DNA of 64,000 nt, taken from positions 21,204,001 to 21,268,000 of the forward strand of contig OZ024759.1 in the NCBI GenBank assembly GCA_964016885.1, written 5' to 3'. The position numbers and the translations under genes are program-made. Origin of the DNA: Eledone cirrhosa. Lineage: Eukaryota. Under the pieces are notes generated by a model. The model ran no database searches. It saw only the letters and a list, made by a program, of their open reading frames with translations, and had not been told where the DNA came from. Shown piece by piece: positions 27,445 through 39,439 of this stretch (its first letter is position 1; each line of letters opens with the position of its first letter).

Positions 27445-27735
27445 ACATATGTGAGTGAGTCCGCATGCGTGTGTATATATATATATATATATGTATACAT
27501 ATGTGAGTGAGCCCGCATGCGTGTGTGTGTATATATATATATATATGTATACATATGTGAGTGAGTCCGCATGTGTGTGTATATATATATATATATATAT
27601 GTATACATATGTGAGTGAGCCCGCATGCGTGTGCATATATATATATATATGTATACATATGTGTGAGTCCGCATGCGTGTGTATATATATATATATATAT
27701 GTATACATATGTGAGTGAGTCCGCATGTGTGTGTA
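26858..27735. repeat. Array of 14 constant ~35-bp anchors (TATGTATACATATGTGAGTGAG(T/C)CCGCATGCGTGTG) with variable (TA)n spacers
   Basis: CCGCATG counted 14 times between 26881 and 27727. Confidence 0.9.
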
Positions 27736-27839
27736 TATATATGTATGTGTATGCATATGTATATGTATGTGTATGCATATGTATATGTATGTATATGCAT
27801 ATATATATATGTATGTTATATGCATATATATATATCTTT

Positions 27840-27990
27840 TTTTCCAGTGTTTTAGTCAGTAGATGCGGCCACGCTGGGGAGCCGCCTTGATTCTATCGAT
27901 CATATCGACCCGCAGTACTTATCTTTTCAAGTTTTGTACCTATTTTCATCGATCTCATTTTGTCGAACCGCTAATTTACGCTACATAACC
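27840..27990 (-). mobile_element. 3' part of a second octopus-type SINE family (OK/OR-like)
   Basis: TGCGGCCACGCTGGGG..CCGCC..CATTTTGTCGAACCGCTAA(G)TTACG. The same tail occurs on the plus strand at about 37045-37110 and 52740-52775. Confidence 0.6.
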
Positions 27991-28192
27991 ACACACACAG
28001 ACACGGGCGAACACTCGCGCATATATATATATAATTATATATATATATATACATAAAATTAGAAATAAGAGGGATCAGATGTTGTTTACTCGAGAGAAGG
28101 CTACGATTCTATCGATCATATCGATCTCATTTTGTCGAACCGCTAGTTTACGCTACATAACCACACACACAGACACGGGCGAACACTCGCGC

Positions 28193-28241
<49 letters not shown>

Positions 28242-28257
28242 GAAATAAGAGGGATCA

Positions 28258-28882
28258 GATGTTGTTTACTCGAGAGAAGGCTACGTTGGTATGGACACGT
28301 GATGCGCATGAAAGTCGATAGCTGTATAACAAAGTGCAGGGCAATAAAGATAGACGGTAGCCATGGAATAGGCAGACCTAGAAAAACCTGGGACGAGCTG
28401 ATAAACTCCGACCTCACACACTTACACCTCTCCAAGACAATGTCACTGGACCGAGACCTTTGGCGGTACTCAGTAACAGAAGACCCGCCTTACCTAAATA
28501 CATAGTAAAACCTACTACAGCCAGTAGGCATCTCTAACAAATATACCCCGTCCCCCCACCCCCACCCCATCCACACCACCGCGTTCTATGTAAAGTTATG
28601 TTGGTGCCGCGCCATCCAGGCCGAAACAAATGAGATCGTGTAGGTGTCACGACAAAAAAACACACAGTCCACGCTGTAATGTGGCCGTGTAGGCAACACG
28701 GTAAAAACCTCCCAGACCCACACTGTAAATGTGGTTGGTGTTAGGAAGGGCATCCAACTGTAGAAAACCTGCCAGACTGTCCTATGCGAGCAAGACAATC
28801 ACTCTTGCCTCAAGTGGGAATACCCCCGTCCAAACCCATGCAAGCGTGGAACACGGACGTTAAACGTTGATGATGATGATGA
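28258..28882 (+). mobile_element. RTE-clade LINE 3' end: ORF C-terminus, 3' UTR and (ATG)n tail
   Basis: LRWYGHVMRMKVDSCITKCRAIKIDGSHGIGRPRKTWDELINSDL..DRDLWR is the typical RTE C-terminus; ends GGACGTTAAACG(T)TGATGATG. Confidence 0.85.
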
Positions 28883-28890
28883 TAATATAT

Positions 28891-29087
28891 ATAACAAAGG
28901 AATTGTGGTAAGGAACTAGATGGACCATAACACACCAGAGTACTCAATACTTAGGGTAGTAGAATGGGAAATAGGAAAAAGTATGACCCCGACGGCAGAG
29001 CTCAAGCCGTTTCGACGGCTATTTCTGAGTCCAGAAATAGCCGTCGAAATGGCTTGAGCTCTGCCGTCGGGGTCATACTTTTTCCTA
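28891..29087 (-). mobile_element. F1 fold-back element (subfamily GGAAAAAGTATGACCCC)
   Basis: Tail and near-perfect palindrome 28971-29087. Confidence 0.8.
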
Positions 29088-29109
29088 TAATATATATATA
29101 TATATATAT

Positions 29110-29536
29110 GGGATAACAAATTATCGTTATAGGTAATCCAGTCAGTTAGAGGCTGTGAATACTCAGTATTGTGGATAGTTTTAGCGTACGGCGTTGTTTA
29201 ACTCAACAAGAGCGAGTTTGCGAGTTCTCGGGAATTCCTATGCAGGTTAACCTTGGAGTAATAATAGTGAAAGAGTGAAGAATAACATGGTCAACAGTAC
29301 TAAAAGGGTTTCATTACAGTATTAACAATTGTTTCATTGACTAAGTTGTCTAAAAATTGCTAATCACTTGAAGTTGTGTCACTCAATTTTAAATGATTAA
29401 GCGTACATTGTTTAAAATTGAGTGACACAACTTCAAGTGATTAGCAATTTTTAGACAACTTAATCAATTAAACAATTGTTAATACTGTAAAACCGTTTTT
29501 GTACTGTTGACCATGTTATTATTCACTCTTTCACTA
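29110..29536 (-). mobile_element. Fold-back element, family F7: ~130-bp arms (29265-29395 / 29411-29536) plus ~155-nt tail
   Basis: Long imperfect inverted repeat; GAAACAATTGTT (GAAA plus palindromic stem III) on the minus strand; flanked by (TA)n and (CA)n. Confidence 0.7.
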
Positions 29537-29714
29537 CACACACACACACACAATGGCATAACGAACTGACCTCGTAGGACATTTTTTTTTTCATTCCTTG
29601 AAAGACTAGCATCCGAAACGTTAAGATGTCTCTTAACTATATTAAGCATGAAACTAGTATTTTCATTATACTTTATCGCCTTCGCCTGTTATGTTTATTC
29701 CGTTTACTTTACAT

Positions 29715-29804
29715 ATCTCTCGCTGATGATAGCCTACAGATTATCTGTTACAAACACAATTTTTCAGGGCGAAACAGATTGAGTCTAGAATCTGTCCGAG
29801 AGAT
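29715..29804 (+). ncRNA. Canonical-looking type I hammerhead ribozyme, predicted cleavage after GUC at 29796
   Basis: Stem I ATCTCTCG/CGAGAGAT (8 bp); CTGATGA 29723-29729; stem II GCCT/GGGC after a 2-nt insertion; GAAA 29771-29774; stem III ACAGATT/AATCTGT (7 bp); GTC triplet. Confidence 0.8.
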
Positions 29805-29950
29805 GAAATGTTTTTGATACGGCCAGTATAAAATTAATATATCATACTGTATGGTTAAGATTAAATATTTAAAACATTAGTGGTATCTTATACCCTCGTA
29901 ATTCTAGACACGAAATTTACTGTGTTTATTTATACATATATATTACTATA

Positions 29951-30135
29951 TAATTGTTTCTACTTTAGGCACAAGGCCAACAAATACCCAGTGCATTACT
30001 GGTACTTTATTTTATCGACCTCGTAAGGATGAAAGGCAAAGTCAACCTCGGCGGGATTTGAACTCAGATCGTAAAGGGACGTAACTATGCTGGAAAGCAT
30101 GGCGTCCGACCCTCTACCGATACTGCCAATCCACC
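29951..30135 (-). mobile_element. tRNA-derived SINE, full-length short subfamily
   Basis: Near-identical to 22855-23040 and 47800-47982. Confidence 0.9.
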
Positions 30136-30479
30136 AATAATGCACAGTATTTATACTTTGAGCTTGTTTTAATTGCAGGGTACCTATATGAGTTAATAAC
30201 TCTGTATTTTATTTGTATATATATATATATATATATATATTGATTGATTGATTGACTGGTGACGCGCGTTTCGTTATTGATCAGCTCATGGTTCGATCTG
30301 TATCGATCAGGCCCGACGCTGGAATCAAAAGCTCGTCGGACTTCTGCTGTTGTAATGACAGAATGCTTCATTCTGTCATTACACGTTGCACTCCCTGAAT
30401 ATAAATATATATATATATATATATATAGTTATTTTTATCTAAAGACATTTTTTCCAATTCCATCCCGCTCGTCCCCTCA

Positions 30480-30618
30480 ATCTATTTTATTTCTCATTCT
30501 TTCTTCTGGTGAAGGACTAGCGTCTGAAACGTTAAGACCCTCTTCCTGCTATATCAAGCGTTAACCTAATATATACATTCCATGTACTGTACCGATTGCG
30601 TTGTTATTTCTGTTTACC

Positions 30619-30623
<5 letters not shown>
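30480..30623 (+). mobile_element. F2 element with hammerhead motif (core CTGGTGA, mutated), ending in (CA)n
   Basis: TCTT-CTGGTGA-AGGAC tagc GTCT-GAAACGTT-AAGA; tail matches 8210-8300 and 33600-33678. Confidence 0.65.
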
Positions 30624-30671
<48 letters not shown>

Positions 30672-31104
30672 AATGAGAGGTATAGAGATTGTTTTAGCAA
30701 GAAGCTAACGGCATTCTATAACATATATGCGACTATAACGTCAAGATGGGAAAAGTAGTTAACGAAAGATTTAGATATATATATATATATACTAGAACTA
30801 GTTATTATCTGCTTTTATATACACATATCCATGGTCTCTCTCTCTCTCTCTCTCATCTCACTTTTCCATACCTCCCCATCCATATGCAAACACATAATGT
30901 CTCTCTATACCGACGCCACCACCTCCATTATTATTATTAAACATACTCATTCAAGCCCCCCCCCCCCCACCCATTCTCTGTTGTTACATCTCTCCCGGTT
31001 CACCATCTCCCACCACCACCCCACCACATTTGGCAATTTGCTTGCAGAACAATAAGTATAAACCACTTCACATTCTCTTTTTCCTGTCTCTATATCTCTG
31101 TCTC

Positions 31105-31148
31105 TACCTACACACACACATATATATATATGTGTGTGTATGTCTGTG

Positions 31149-31179
<31 letters not shown>

Positions 31180-31600
31180 ATATATATATGTGGGTGTGTG
31201 TGTGTGTGTGTATATATGTGGGTGTGTATATGGGTGTGTGTATATATATATATATATATGTATATGTGTGTGTGTATATATATATGTGGGTGTGTATATG
31301 GGTGTGTATATATATATATATATATGTATATGTGTGTGTGTGTGTATATATATATATGTGGGTGTGTATATGGGTGTGTGTATATATATATATATATATG
31401 TATATGTGTGTGTATATATATGTGGGTGTGTATATGTGTGTGTGTATATATATATGTGGGTGTGTATATGGGTGTGTGTATATATATATATATGTATGTA
31501 CATATGTGTGTATATGGGTGTGTATATATAAATGTATATGTATGTATGTATATATGTGTGTATGTGGGTGTGTGTATATATATGTGTTTGTATATATATG

Positions 31601-31652
<52 letters not shown>

Positions 31653-31749
31653 GGGAGAGACATATATATACATATATATATATGTAGTGTGAGAGAGAGT
31701 GACGTAGGTAGATATTCTGTGCACTCTCTCATTTTCTCTCTATCAGGAT

Positions 31750-31848
<99 letters not shown>

Positions 31849-32015
31849 CACACACATACATATATATATACATACACATACATATATATATACATACATA
31901 CACATATATACATACACAAACATACATATATATATATACATACACATACATACATATATATATATACACATACACATAGATATAGACGCATACATATATA
32001 CATACATATATATAT
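31105..32015. repeat. Compound microsatellite field
   Basis: Seen directly. Confidence 0.95.
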
Positions 32016-32162
32016 AGGCGACGCGTTATGTCCTTGAGCAAGACACTTTATTTCACGTTGCTCCTTCTACCTGGAGTTGCGACCGATAGATAGTATTAGC
32101 AATTGGAAAGACCAACGGAAACATTGTTCCCTCGGTCCGATTTGACGAAAGTCGATCGTTCC

Positions 32163-32194
<32 letters not shown>

Positions 32195-32291
32195 TATATA
32201 TATACACATACATACATATATATATATATACACACATACATACATATATACATATATAGACACATACATATGCGCATTATAACGTTTTGTG

Positions 32292-32400
32292 TCAAATCCC
32301 GCCGAGGTTGACTTTGCCTTTCATCCTTACGGGGTCGATAAAATAAAGTACCAGTAATGCACTGGGTAATTGCTGGCCTTGTGCCTAACGTAGAAACAAT
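32292..32400 (+). mobile_element. 5'-truncated tRNA-derived SINE flanked by a direct repeat
   Basis: ATTATAACGTTTTGTGTCA occurs on both sides (32276-32294 and 32399-32417), like a target-site duplication. Confidence 0.85.
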
Positions 32401-32535
32401 TATAACGTTTTGTGTCACTTGTTTATTACAATTCGTGGAGGTGGCGAGATGGGATGAAGCAGGACAAAGTAATTTTCAGATGCTTTACTCCTTTACATAA
32501 AAACTGGATGAACCAAGAAGTGTGTGAGTGTAAAT

Positions 32536-32571
<36 letters not shown>

Positions 32572-32575
<4 letters not shown>

Positions 32576-32710
32576 AGAAATAGCCTTCGAAACGGCTTGA
32601 GCACTGCTGTCGGGGTCAAACATTTTCCTATTACCCACTCTACTACCCTTAGTATTGAGTACTTTGGTGAGTTATTGTCCATCTGGTTCCTTACCACACC
32701 TCCTTCGTTA
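32572..32710 (+). mobile_element. F1 element, single arm + tail
   Basis: CCAGAAATAGCC..CGAAACGGCTTGAGCACTGCTGTCGGGGTC..tail. Confidence 0.75.
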
Positions 32711-32770
32711 TATATATATATTATTAATTCAAAATATTAACAAGAATAGACATTCGTGTGATCAAGTATA

Positions 32771-32833
32771 TTTTATTATACATATTTCAGAGGCACTGAG
32801 CTATCTTCAACAGTACGTCCTCATCAGATAAAA
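32771..32833 (-). ncRNA. Type I hammerhead motif, family F4
   Basis: Reverse complement: TTTTAT-CTGATGA-GGACGTACTG..CAGTGCCTCT-GAA-ATATGTAT-A-ATAAAA; stem I 6 bp, AUA triplet. Homologue at 48211-48272. Confidence 0.7.
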
Positions 32834-32885
32834 CAAGATGATGCATGACATACCCTGACATAGTAGATGGTTAAGATTCAGTCAT

Positions 32886-33332
<447 letters not shown>

Positions 33333-33559
33333 GTAAAGAGCAATGGGATAATACTGAATTTTTTTCCCCTATGGCCCTGTTTTAACTATAAAGAGTATAT
33401 ATATATATTGTATATATTATATATGTGATTGCTTCCCTTCATAAAGCTCTCTAATGCGGAAGATACCCCTTAGCCACCAATTTCCAAAATGGCTGACTCA
33501 TTTTCTTTTTCTCCGATCCTTCCTCTTTTCACTTATTTCTTTCCATTTATCTGTTATTT

Positions 33560-33678
33560 TTAACTTTATCTTTAATGAAGGACTAGTGTCCGAAACGTTA
33601 AGTCTCTCTTCCTGCTATTTGAAGGGTTAAACTAATATATTCCATCGATGTACTGTGTTGTTTGCTTTACCTTTTACA
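33560..33678 (+). mobile_element. F2 element with a degenerate hammerhead core
   Basis: TTAATGA-AGGAC tagt GTCC-GAAACGTTAAG plus the F2 tail. Confidence 0.6.
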
Positions 33679-34002
33679 CACACTCACACATTCATCCTTT
33701 GCTTCACCTACTCATTACTGAGAGGGAGACACACATATACAGACATACATGTGTGTGTGTGTGTATATATATATACACACACACAGACATACACACACAT
33801 AAAGACATACATGTGTATGCGTGTATAGCTATCTATACACACAGACATACACATATATACAGACACACACACATAAAGACATACGCAACACATATATGCA
33901 CATATACAACACAGCTGGTGTCAACTGTTTTACACACATACTGAGTAAGTCATCGAGAAACACACACACCGTGTAAACCAGCGAGAAAGACACACACACA
34001 CA

Positions 34003-34092
34003 CACAGTCCTCAAACACTCCTTCCAGCAAGTCCTGTCAGAAACAACCATCTCTAGCTGATCCTGCTGGATCCCCAAGCGAGACCAGTTCAG
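34003..34092 (-). mobile_element. Extreme C-terminal fragment of an Expander-like RTE LINE
   Basis: LNWSRLGIQQDQLEMVVSDRTCWKECL resembles L.WERLGIP.EELE.VA..R.VW..LL. Confidence 0.5.
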
Positions 34093-34127
34093 TGTCGACC
34101 CCTGGGTCACCTGCCGGTTGGTTTTGC

Positions 34128-34752
34128 TCCCCAAATTGCTGGCCTTGTGCCTAAATTTCTTCTTATTATTATTATTGTTGTGAGAGAGGGCGGTGGATTG
34201 GCAGTATCGGTAGAGGGTCAGGCGCCATGCATTGCAGCATAGAGTCACGGCCCTTTATGATCTAAGTTCAAATCCTGCCGAGGTTAACTTTCCCTTTCAT
34301 CCTTACGGGGTCGATAAAATAAAGCACCAGTAATGCAGAGGGGTCGATTTAATCGACTTTCCCCGCCCCCAAAATTACCGGCCTTGCGCCTATATAAGAA
34401 ACCATAGGGGTCAGACGCCATGCTTTGACGCATAGAGTTACGGCCGTTGCCATTCTGAGTTCATATCCCGCCGCGGTTAACTTTGCATTTCATCCTTACG
34501 GGGTCGATAAAATAAAGTACCAGTAATACACTGGGGTAATTGCTGGCCTTGTGCCAAAAGTAGAAACAATTAATACTATTATCAGTAGAGGGTCGGACGC
34601 CATGCTTTGGCGCAAAGGAGTTACGGCCCTTTCCATTCTGAGTTCAAATCCCGCCCAGTTTAACTTTGCCTTTCATCCTTACAGGGTCGATAAAATAAAG
34701 TACCAGTAATGCACTGAGTAGTTGCTGGCCTTGTGCCTAACGTAGAAACAAT
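34128..34752 (+). mobile_element. Tandem cluster of 3 tRNA-derived SINEs plus a tail fragment
   Basis: Copies at about 34188-34401, 34405-34570 and 34584-34752, all on the plus strand. Confidence 0.88.
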
Positions 34753-35054
34753 TATTATTGTTGTGAGAAATGTCACCACCCCATCTTCCTCTCCTCTACC
34801 CCCAATTTCATAGTCACTTCTATCTTATCTGTCTGTCTAGCAAACACAGACACACTCGAACCTAAAACCACGGCCTCATCGTCGTCTGAGTTATCACACG
34901 TAAATCTATTTATCTATATATCTATATATCTATCCATCTATGTATGTATATATGCATGAAGCTCTCTTTATGCGTGTATGCATGTGTGTATGAAGGTTTG
35001 TGTGTGTATGTAGGTATGTATGTATGAAGGTCTATGTGCGTATGCGGGTGTATG

Positions 35055-35085
<31 letters not shown>

Positions 35086-35389
35086 GTTATATGTGTATGA
35101 ATGTGTATATATATATATGTATATATGTGTATATGTATATATATGCGTGTATATATATATATATATATATATTAGTTAGACACACGAGAAGAAGACAGTC
35201 TCAGCCAGTCTCGTCCTAAAAATGTCTCGTCTGTCTGTTACCTTAAATCAAAATTTCTCCGTACATCTCGCCAAGATGGTCCTCGCCATTTATTATACAC
35301 TGAACGACCAAACCTCCCGCTGGTTTCCCCTTTTTAGACTTTCTTGTTCGGTACTGAGGATCTTCAGCAGATAGCGAAAGCAATAAAAG

Positions 35390-35425
<36 letters not shown>

Positions 35426-35753
35426 CCCTCTCTGCCTGTCTCTCTTTCACACAAACTCTCTATCTCTCTCACAAGTACACACACACACACCTCCCTCTCT
35501 GCCTGTCTCTCTTTCACACAAACTCTCTATCTCTCTCACAAGTACACACACACACACCTCTCTCTCTCTGTATATATATATATATATATATATTACATAC
35601 ACACACACACTCAAACACACATCTCCCCCCTCTCTTTTAAACACGCATATACACTCAAACACACACACTCTCTCTCTATATATATATATATATATCCACA
35701 CACGTGTATATCACACGCACACACAGACATACACTGACACACACACACACACA

Positions 35754-35829
<76 letters not shown>

Positions 35830-35871
35830 GTGTATATCACACGCACACACAGACATACACTGACACACACA

Positions 35872-35921
<50 letters not shown>

Positions 35922-36042
35922 GTGTATATCACACGCACACACAGACATACACTGACACACACACACTCTCTCTCTCTCTCTCTATATATATATACACACA
36001 TGTGTATATCACACGCACACACAGACATACACTGACACACAA
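35390..36042. repeat. Compound tandem duplications of (CA)n/(CT)n/(TA)n-anchored units
   Basis: ~66-bp duplication at 35420-35555; CACGCACACACAGACATACACTGACAC occurs 4 times in 35700-36042. Confidence 0.8.
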
Positions 36043-36473
36043 GCACTTGACGTGAGTTCACGTCTGGAGATAGATTTAATTGCCTGTTATGTTTGTTTTT
36101 TTGTCTTTTCAATTTTCTTTTTTATGTTTGGTTTCTATTTTTGATGTCAGTTGCCAACCAAAAAACCCCAAAGTGAAGCAACATCATACAACACCAATCA
36201 CAGAGCTATCAGCCTCTTAAACACACCCTTAGAAACTTCTAGAAAGGTTAATCTTTGACATACATTACTAATCCCATTCTCCTCTCCCCTTCAAACGACA
36301 CACAGATATAGATCGATACACTCATCTTCCACACAACCCATAATTTTGGTCAGAATATGAGATGTGAGATGAGAAAGATGGAGGTTTTGTTGTGTAGGTA
36401 TAAATATGTGTATGTGATTTTGATAAAAGATTAAAAAAAACTTGAGTGAATTTTTTACAAAAACAAATTATAG

Positions 36474-36822
36474 TATCTCGAATAAGGACGGGTTGGAAGA
36501 AGTTTAGGGAGCTGCTTCCTCTGCTGACGAAGAAGGGTTTCTCCCCTGCGTACGAAAGGCCGGTTGTATGGACATGTGATGCGCATGGAGGATGACCGAT
36601 GGGTGAAGAAGTGCCAGGAAATGTCAGTTGAAGGAAGACGTGGTAGAGGTAGAGCACGAAAAACATGGGCGGAGGTGGTGAGAACAGAGCTCAGATCACT
36701 GAAACTCACCGAGGAGATGACGGAGGGCCGTGACAAGTGGAGAGATGTTGTGCTGAATAAGACCCGTCCCCCCACCCTTGCAAGCAGGGAAAAGCGGACG
36801 TAAAATGATGATGATGATGATG
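36474..36822 (+). mobile_element. RTE-clade LINE 3' end with internal deletion and (ATG)n tail
   Basis: SRIRTGWKKFRELLPLLTKKGFS joined to RLYGHVMRMEDDRWVKKCQEMSVEGRRGRGRARKTWAEVVR..RDKWR; tail GGACGTAAAATGATGATG. Confidence 0.88.
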
Positions 36823-36844
36823 AATACCAACACCAACATCCCTA

Positions 36845-37042
36845 CCGCTGGGGAGGATGAAATTCGGCCTGAGATGTTAAGAGCCTTAAATAGAGAAGAT
36901 ATTCTCTGGCTGATTCGTGTGTGTCGTGTGGCCTGGATCTCTGGAAAGGCACCTACGCAATGGACAATCTGCAGTAATAATCCCAATTTTCAAAAAGCGA
37001 AGCAAGATAGATTCCTCCAATTATAGAGGTATCTTCTTGTTA
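36845..37042 (+). mobile_element. Fragment of an RTE/Expander reverse transcriptase N-terminal region, frameshifted
   Basis: AGEDEIRPEMLRAL..ILWLIRVCRVAWISGKAPTQW / QSAVIIPIFKK..DSSNYRGIFLL. Confidence 0.8.
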
Positions 37043-37146
37043 ATCCCACACATGTGGTGCCCCAGCATGGACTCAGCCGGATGGCTGGAACAGGTAAAAG
37101 AGTAAAAGAGTGTCTGGCAAAGATGTGAGCTAAAAATTAAAATATA

Positions 37147-37263
37147 ATTGTTTCTACTTTTTGTCACAAGGCCAACAATTACCCAGTGCATTACTGGTAC
37201 TTTATTTTATCGACCCCGTAAGGATAAAAGGCAAAGTTAACCTCGGCGGGATTTGAACTCAGA
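37147..37263 (-). mobile_element. 5'-truncated tRNA-derived SINE
   Basis: Tail, core and B box. Confidence 0.85.
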
Positions 37264-38143
37264 AAAAATAGAATAAATACTAAACCAATGGGCCCCTATT
37301 ATCAAAATATTCTAGAAACCTTCTGTGAGATACAAACACATACATGAGGCTGGCTAAACCCACATAAGTGCGAGCTATAAATTTAAAAACAATAACAATA
37401 ATAATAAAGCGGTGTATAAAAATCATTTAGAAATTTTGACTCCGCGCCAACAAAGTCGTGTGTGCTATTCTTTCACAGAGAGAGAGGCTTGCTTCTACGT
37501 CGGCTCATGTAGATAGCTTTTGATGGAGTTGTTTTCAAGACGGTAGTTATGTGATTAATCAACCAACAAACCAACTAGCGTATATACTCGTAAATAAACT
37601 TAGAAATATGTGACAAAAAAAAAATCGATGGTAAAATGGGTTTGGTTTAGATTCGAAGTCAATATTTTGCCGATTTTCACCACTTCAAAATTCTACGTAA
37701 ATTAGGTGTTAATGTATTTTCGCTTTTCAGGTAAATATTACATCTGTTTCACTTTCGACGTAAATTCGTATTTCCTATTGTTTCTGTTTTTTAAGGTTTT
37801 AAATGAATATATGGTCTTCAAAACGGTCGGAAATTGGAAAATCATTACGTAATGGCGTTGAGAGACAAAAACTATACTCTAAACGACACATAAAACATTT
37901 TAAATATCGAAATATTAAAGCTTCAAACATATATTCTCCACTCATGAGAATTTCAAAACCACGCCATATAAACATGTGTTGAATAACTGTTCTCAGCTAA
38001 AAAAAAAAAGAAGAGATGATGTGAGGTGAAGAGCAAGAGGTGTTCAAACCTCGTGTTAGTATTTAGTTGGTAGACAAAAGGTCATTTACTATTCATACAA
38101 CGGGTCTAAAAACATCTGACTGATAAAATGACAAGTCAGTCAA

Positions 38144-38415
38144 TCATATTGGTGGCCCACCCACAGCCCCGGCGGACAGAATAGAGAAGGCGTTTCCCCG
38201 GAGGACGGCAAGGGAAACGCGCTGGAAAAGCCATTCCAACTCGCTGGGCTCACACCTGCAGCTGGCCAGCTCAGCGCCTATGGTGGTGAGTAAGGAGGTA
38301 GCCATAGAGCCGATGACACCAGATGTCTCCACTGCCAAGGGTACGACTGCAAACCTGTCGGAGAGCGACCGGTATTTGAAGAGTTTGGCCTCCTCAGCCC
38401 GACGTGCTGCAGATT
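38144..38415 (-). mobile_element. CRE-clade non-LTR retrotransposon, C-terminal restriction-like endonuclease fragment
   Basis: AARRAEEAKLFKY..FAVVPLAVETSGVIG..LL..IG..L..LFQRVSLAVLRGNAFSIL matches the CRE-type K..KY..VP.AVET.G..QR.S.A..RGNA motif. Confidence 0.75.
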
Positions 38416-38744
38416 GGATTTTTGTCCATTTCTCAAACATAGGGGTCAGCTTGTTTTATTTTTCAGTTCAGTACTGCATTAATTCAATTTAATTTAGAAA
38501 CCCTGGTTAACTTTACAGGAGAAGAGGAAGAAATTATATTAAAAGAGTAAAGAGAGAAAAAGAGAAAAATGAAATAGTTATATTTTAAAAAGATTAGTCT
38601 TCTACGTGTATTATAACCTCACTAGATTTAAATTATTTAAGTATCAACAACATGGAATTGATAAATGTGTCCGAATACGGAAGAGCCGAACTCTCACTGT
38701 CATCGCCCCCATCTCTCTGTATGGTGAGCAAATGGGGTCCCACA

Positions 38745-38962
38745 TGCTGGACGCCGCACGGCCCCGGCGGACAGAATGGAGCAGTCGTTTCCCCGAAGGA
38801 TGGTAAGGGAGATGTGCTGGAAGAGCCATTCCATCTCGCGAGGCTCACACCTGCGGCTAGCCAGCCCGCCCGCCCAGCGCCTATGGTGGTAAGTAGGATG
38901 GTGACCCTAGGGCCAAGGATACCAGAAGTCTCCACTGCTAGGGGCACGACCGCAAACCTGCT
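38745..38962 (-). mobile_element. Second, frameshifted and diverged CRE-type RLE fragment
   Basis: RFAVVPLAVETSGILG..LLTTIGA; DNA aligns with 38160-38360. Confidence 0.7.
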
Positions 38963-39439
38963 GGATCGACTTATATTCGAATACATACTGTAGCTAACGT
39001 TCATAGAGTGTGGTGTGCAGTTTTCTAAAAGTGTGTTCAAACATCGCTACACCAATGATACGACATACCCAGACGTTGGGGGGAGGGGGTATCGCTCTCA
39101 AGGGTACAAGACCCCGGGAGCGCTGGCCGTGGGTTGTCAACTGAAGGTGAAGTAACAGCAGTGTCATTAGTTACGACATCGGAGTAATAGTACCTCGTTA
39201 TTTGTTCCCGTTCTCAAGCGTTGAGTTCAAAACTCGCCGCGGTCAACTTTGCTTTTCATTCTTTCGATGTTGATAAATAAATCACGAGTCTTGTACTGGA
39301 GTAGATTCCACCTCCTCTCTCCCTCACATTCTTTCTCTCTTTCCCTCACTTTCTTTCTTTCTCACTCTCTTTCTCTCCCTTTCTCACTCTCTTTCTCTCC
39401 CTATCTTTCTCTCTCTCTCTCTCTCTCCCTCTCTCTGAA

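Noticed and set aside
26858-27735. CRISPR array (constant repeat with variable spacer)
   Set aside because: The spacers are only (TA)n/(TG)n tracts.
35352-35388. CTGAGGA..GAAA hammerhead-like spacing
   Set aside because: No stem I closure, and stem II is not adjacent to GAAA.
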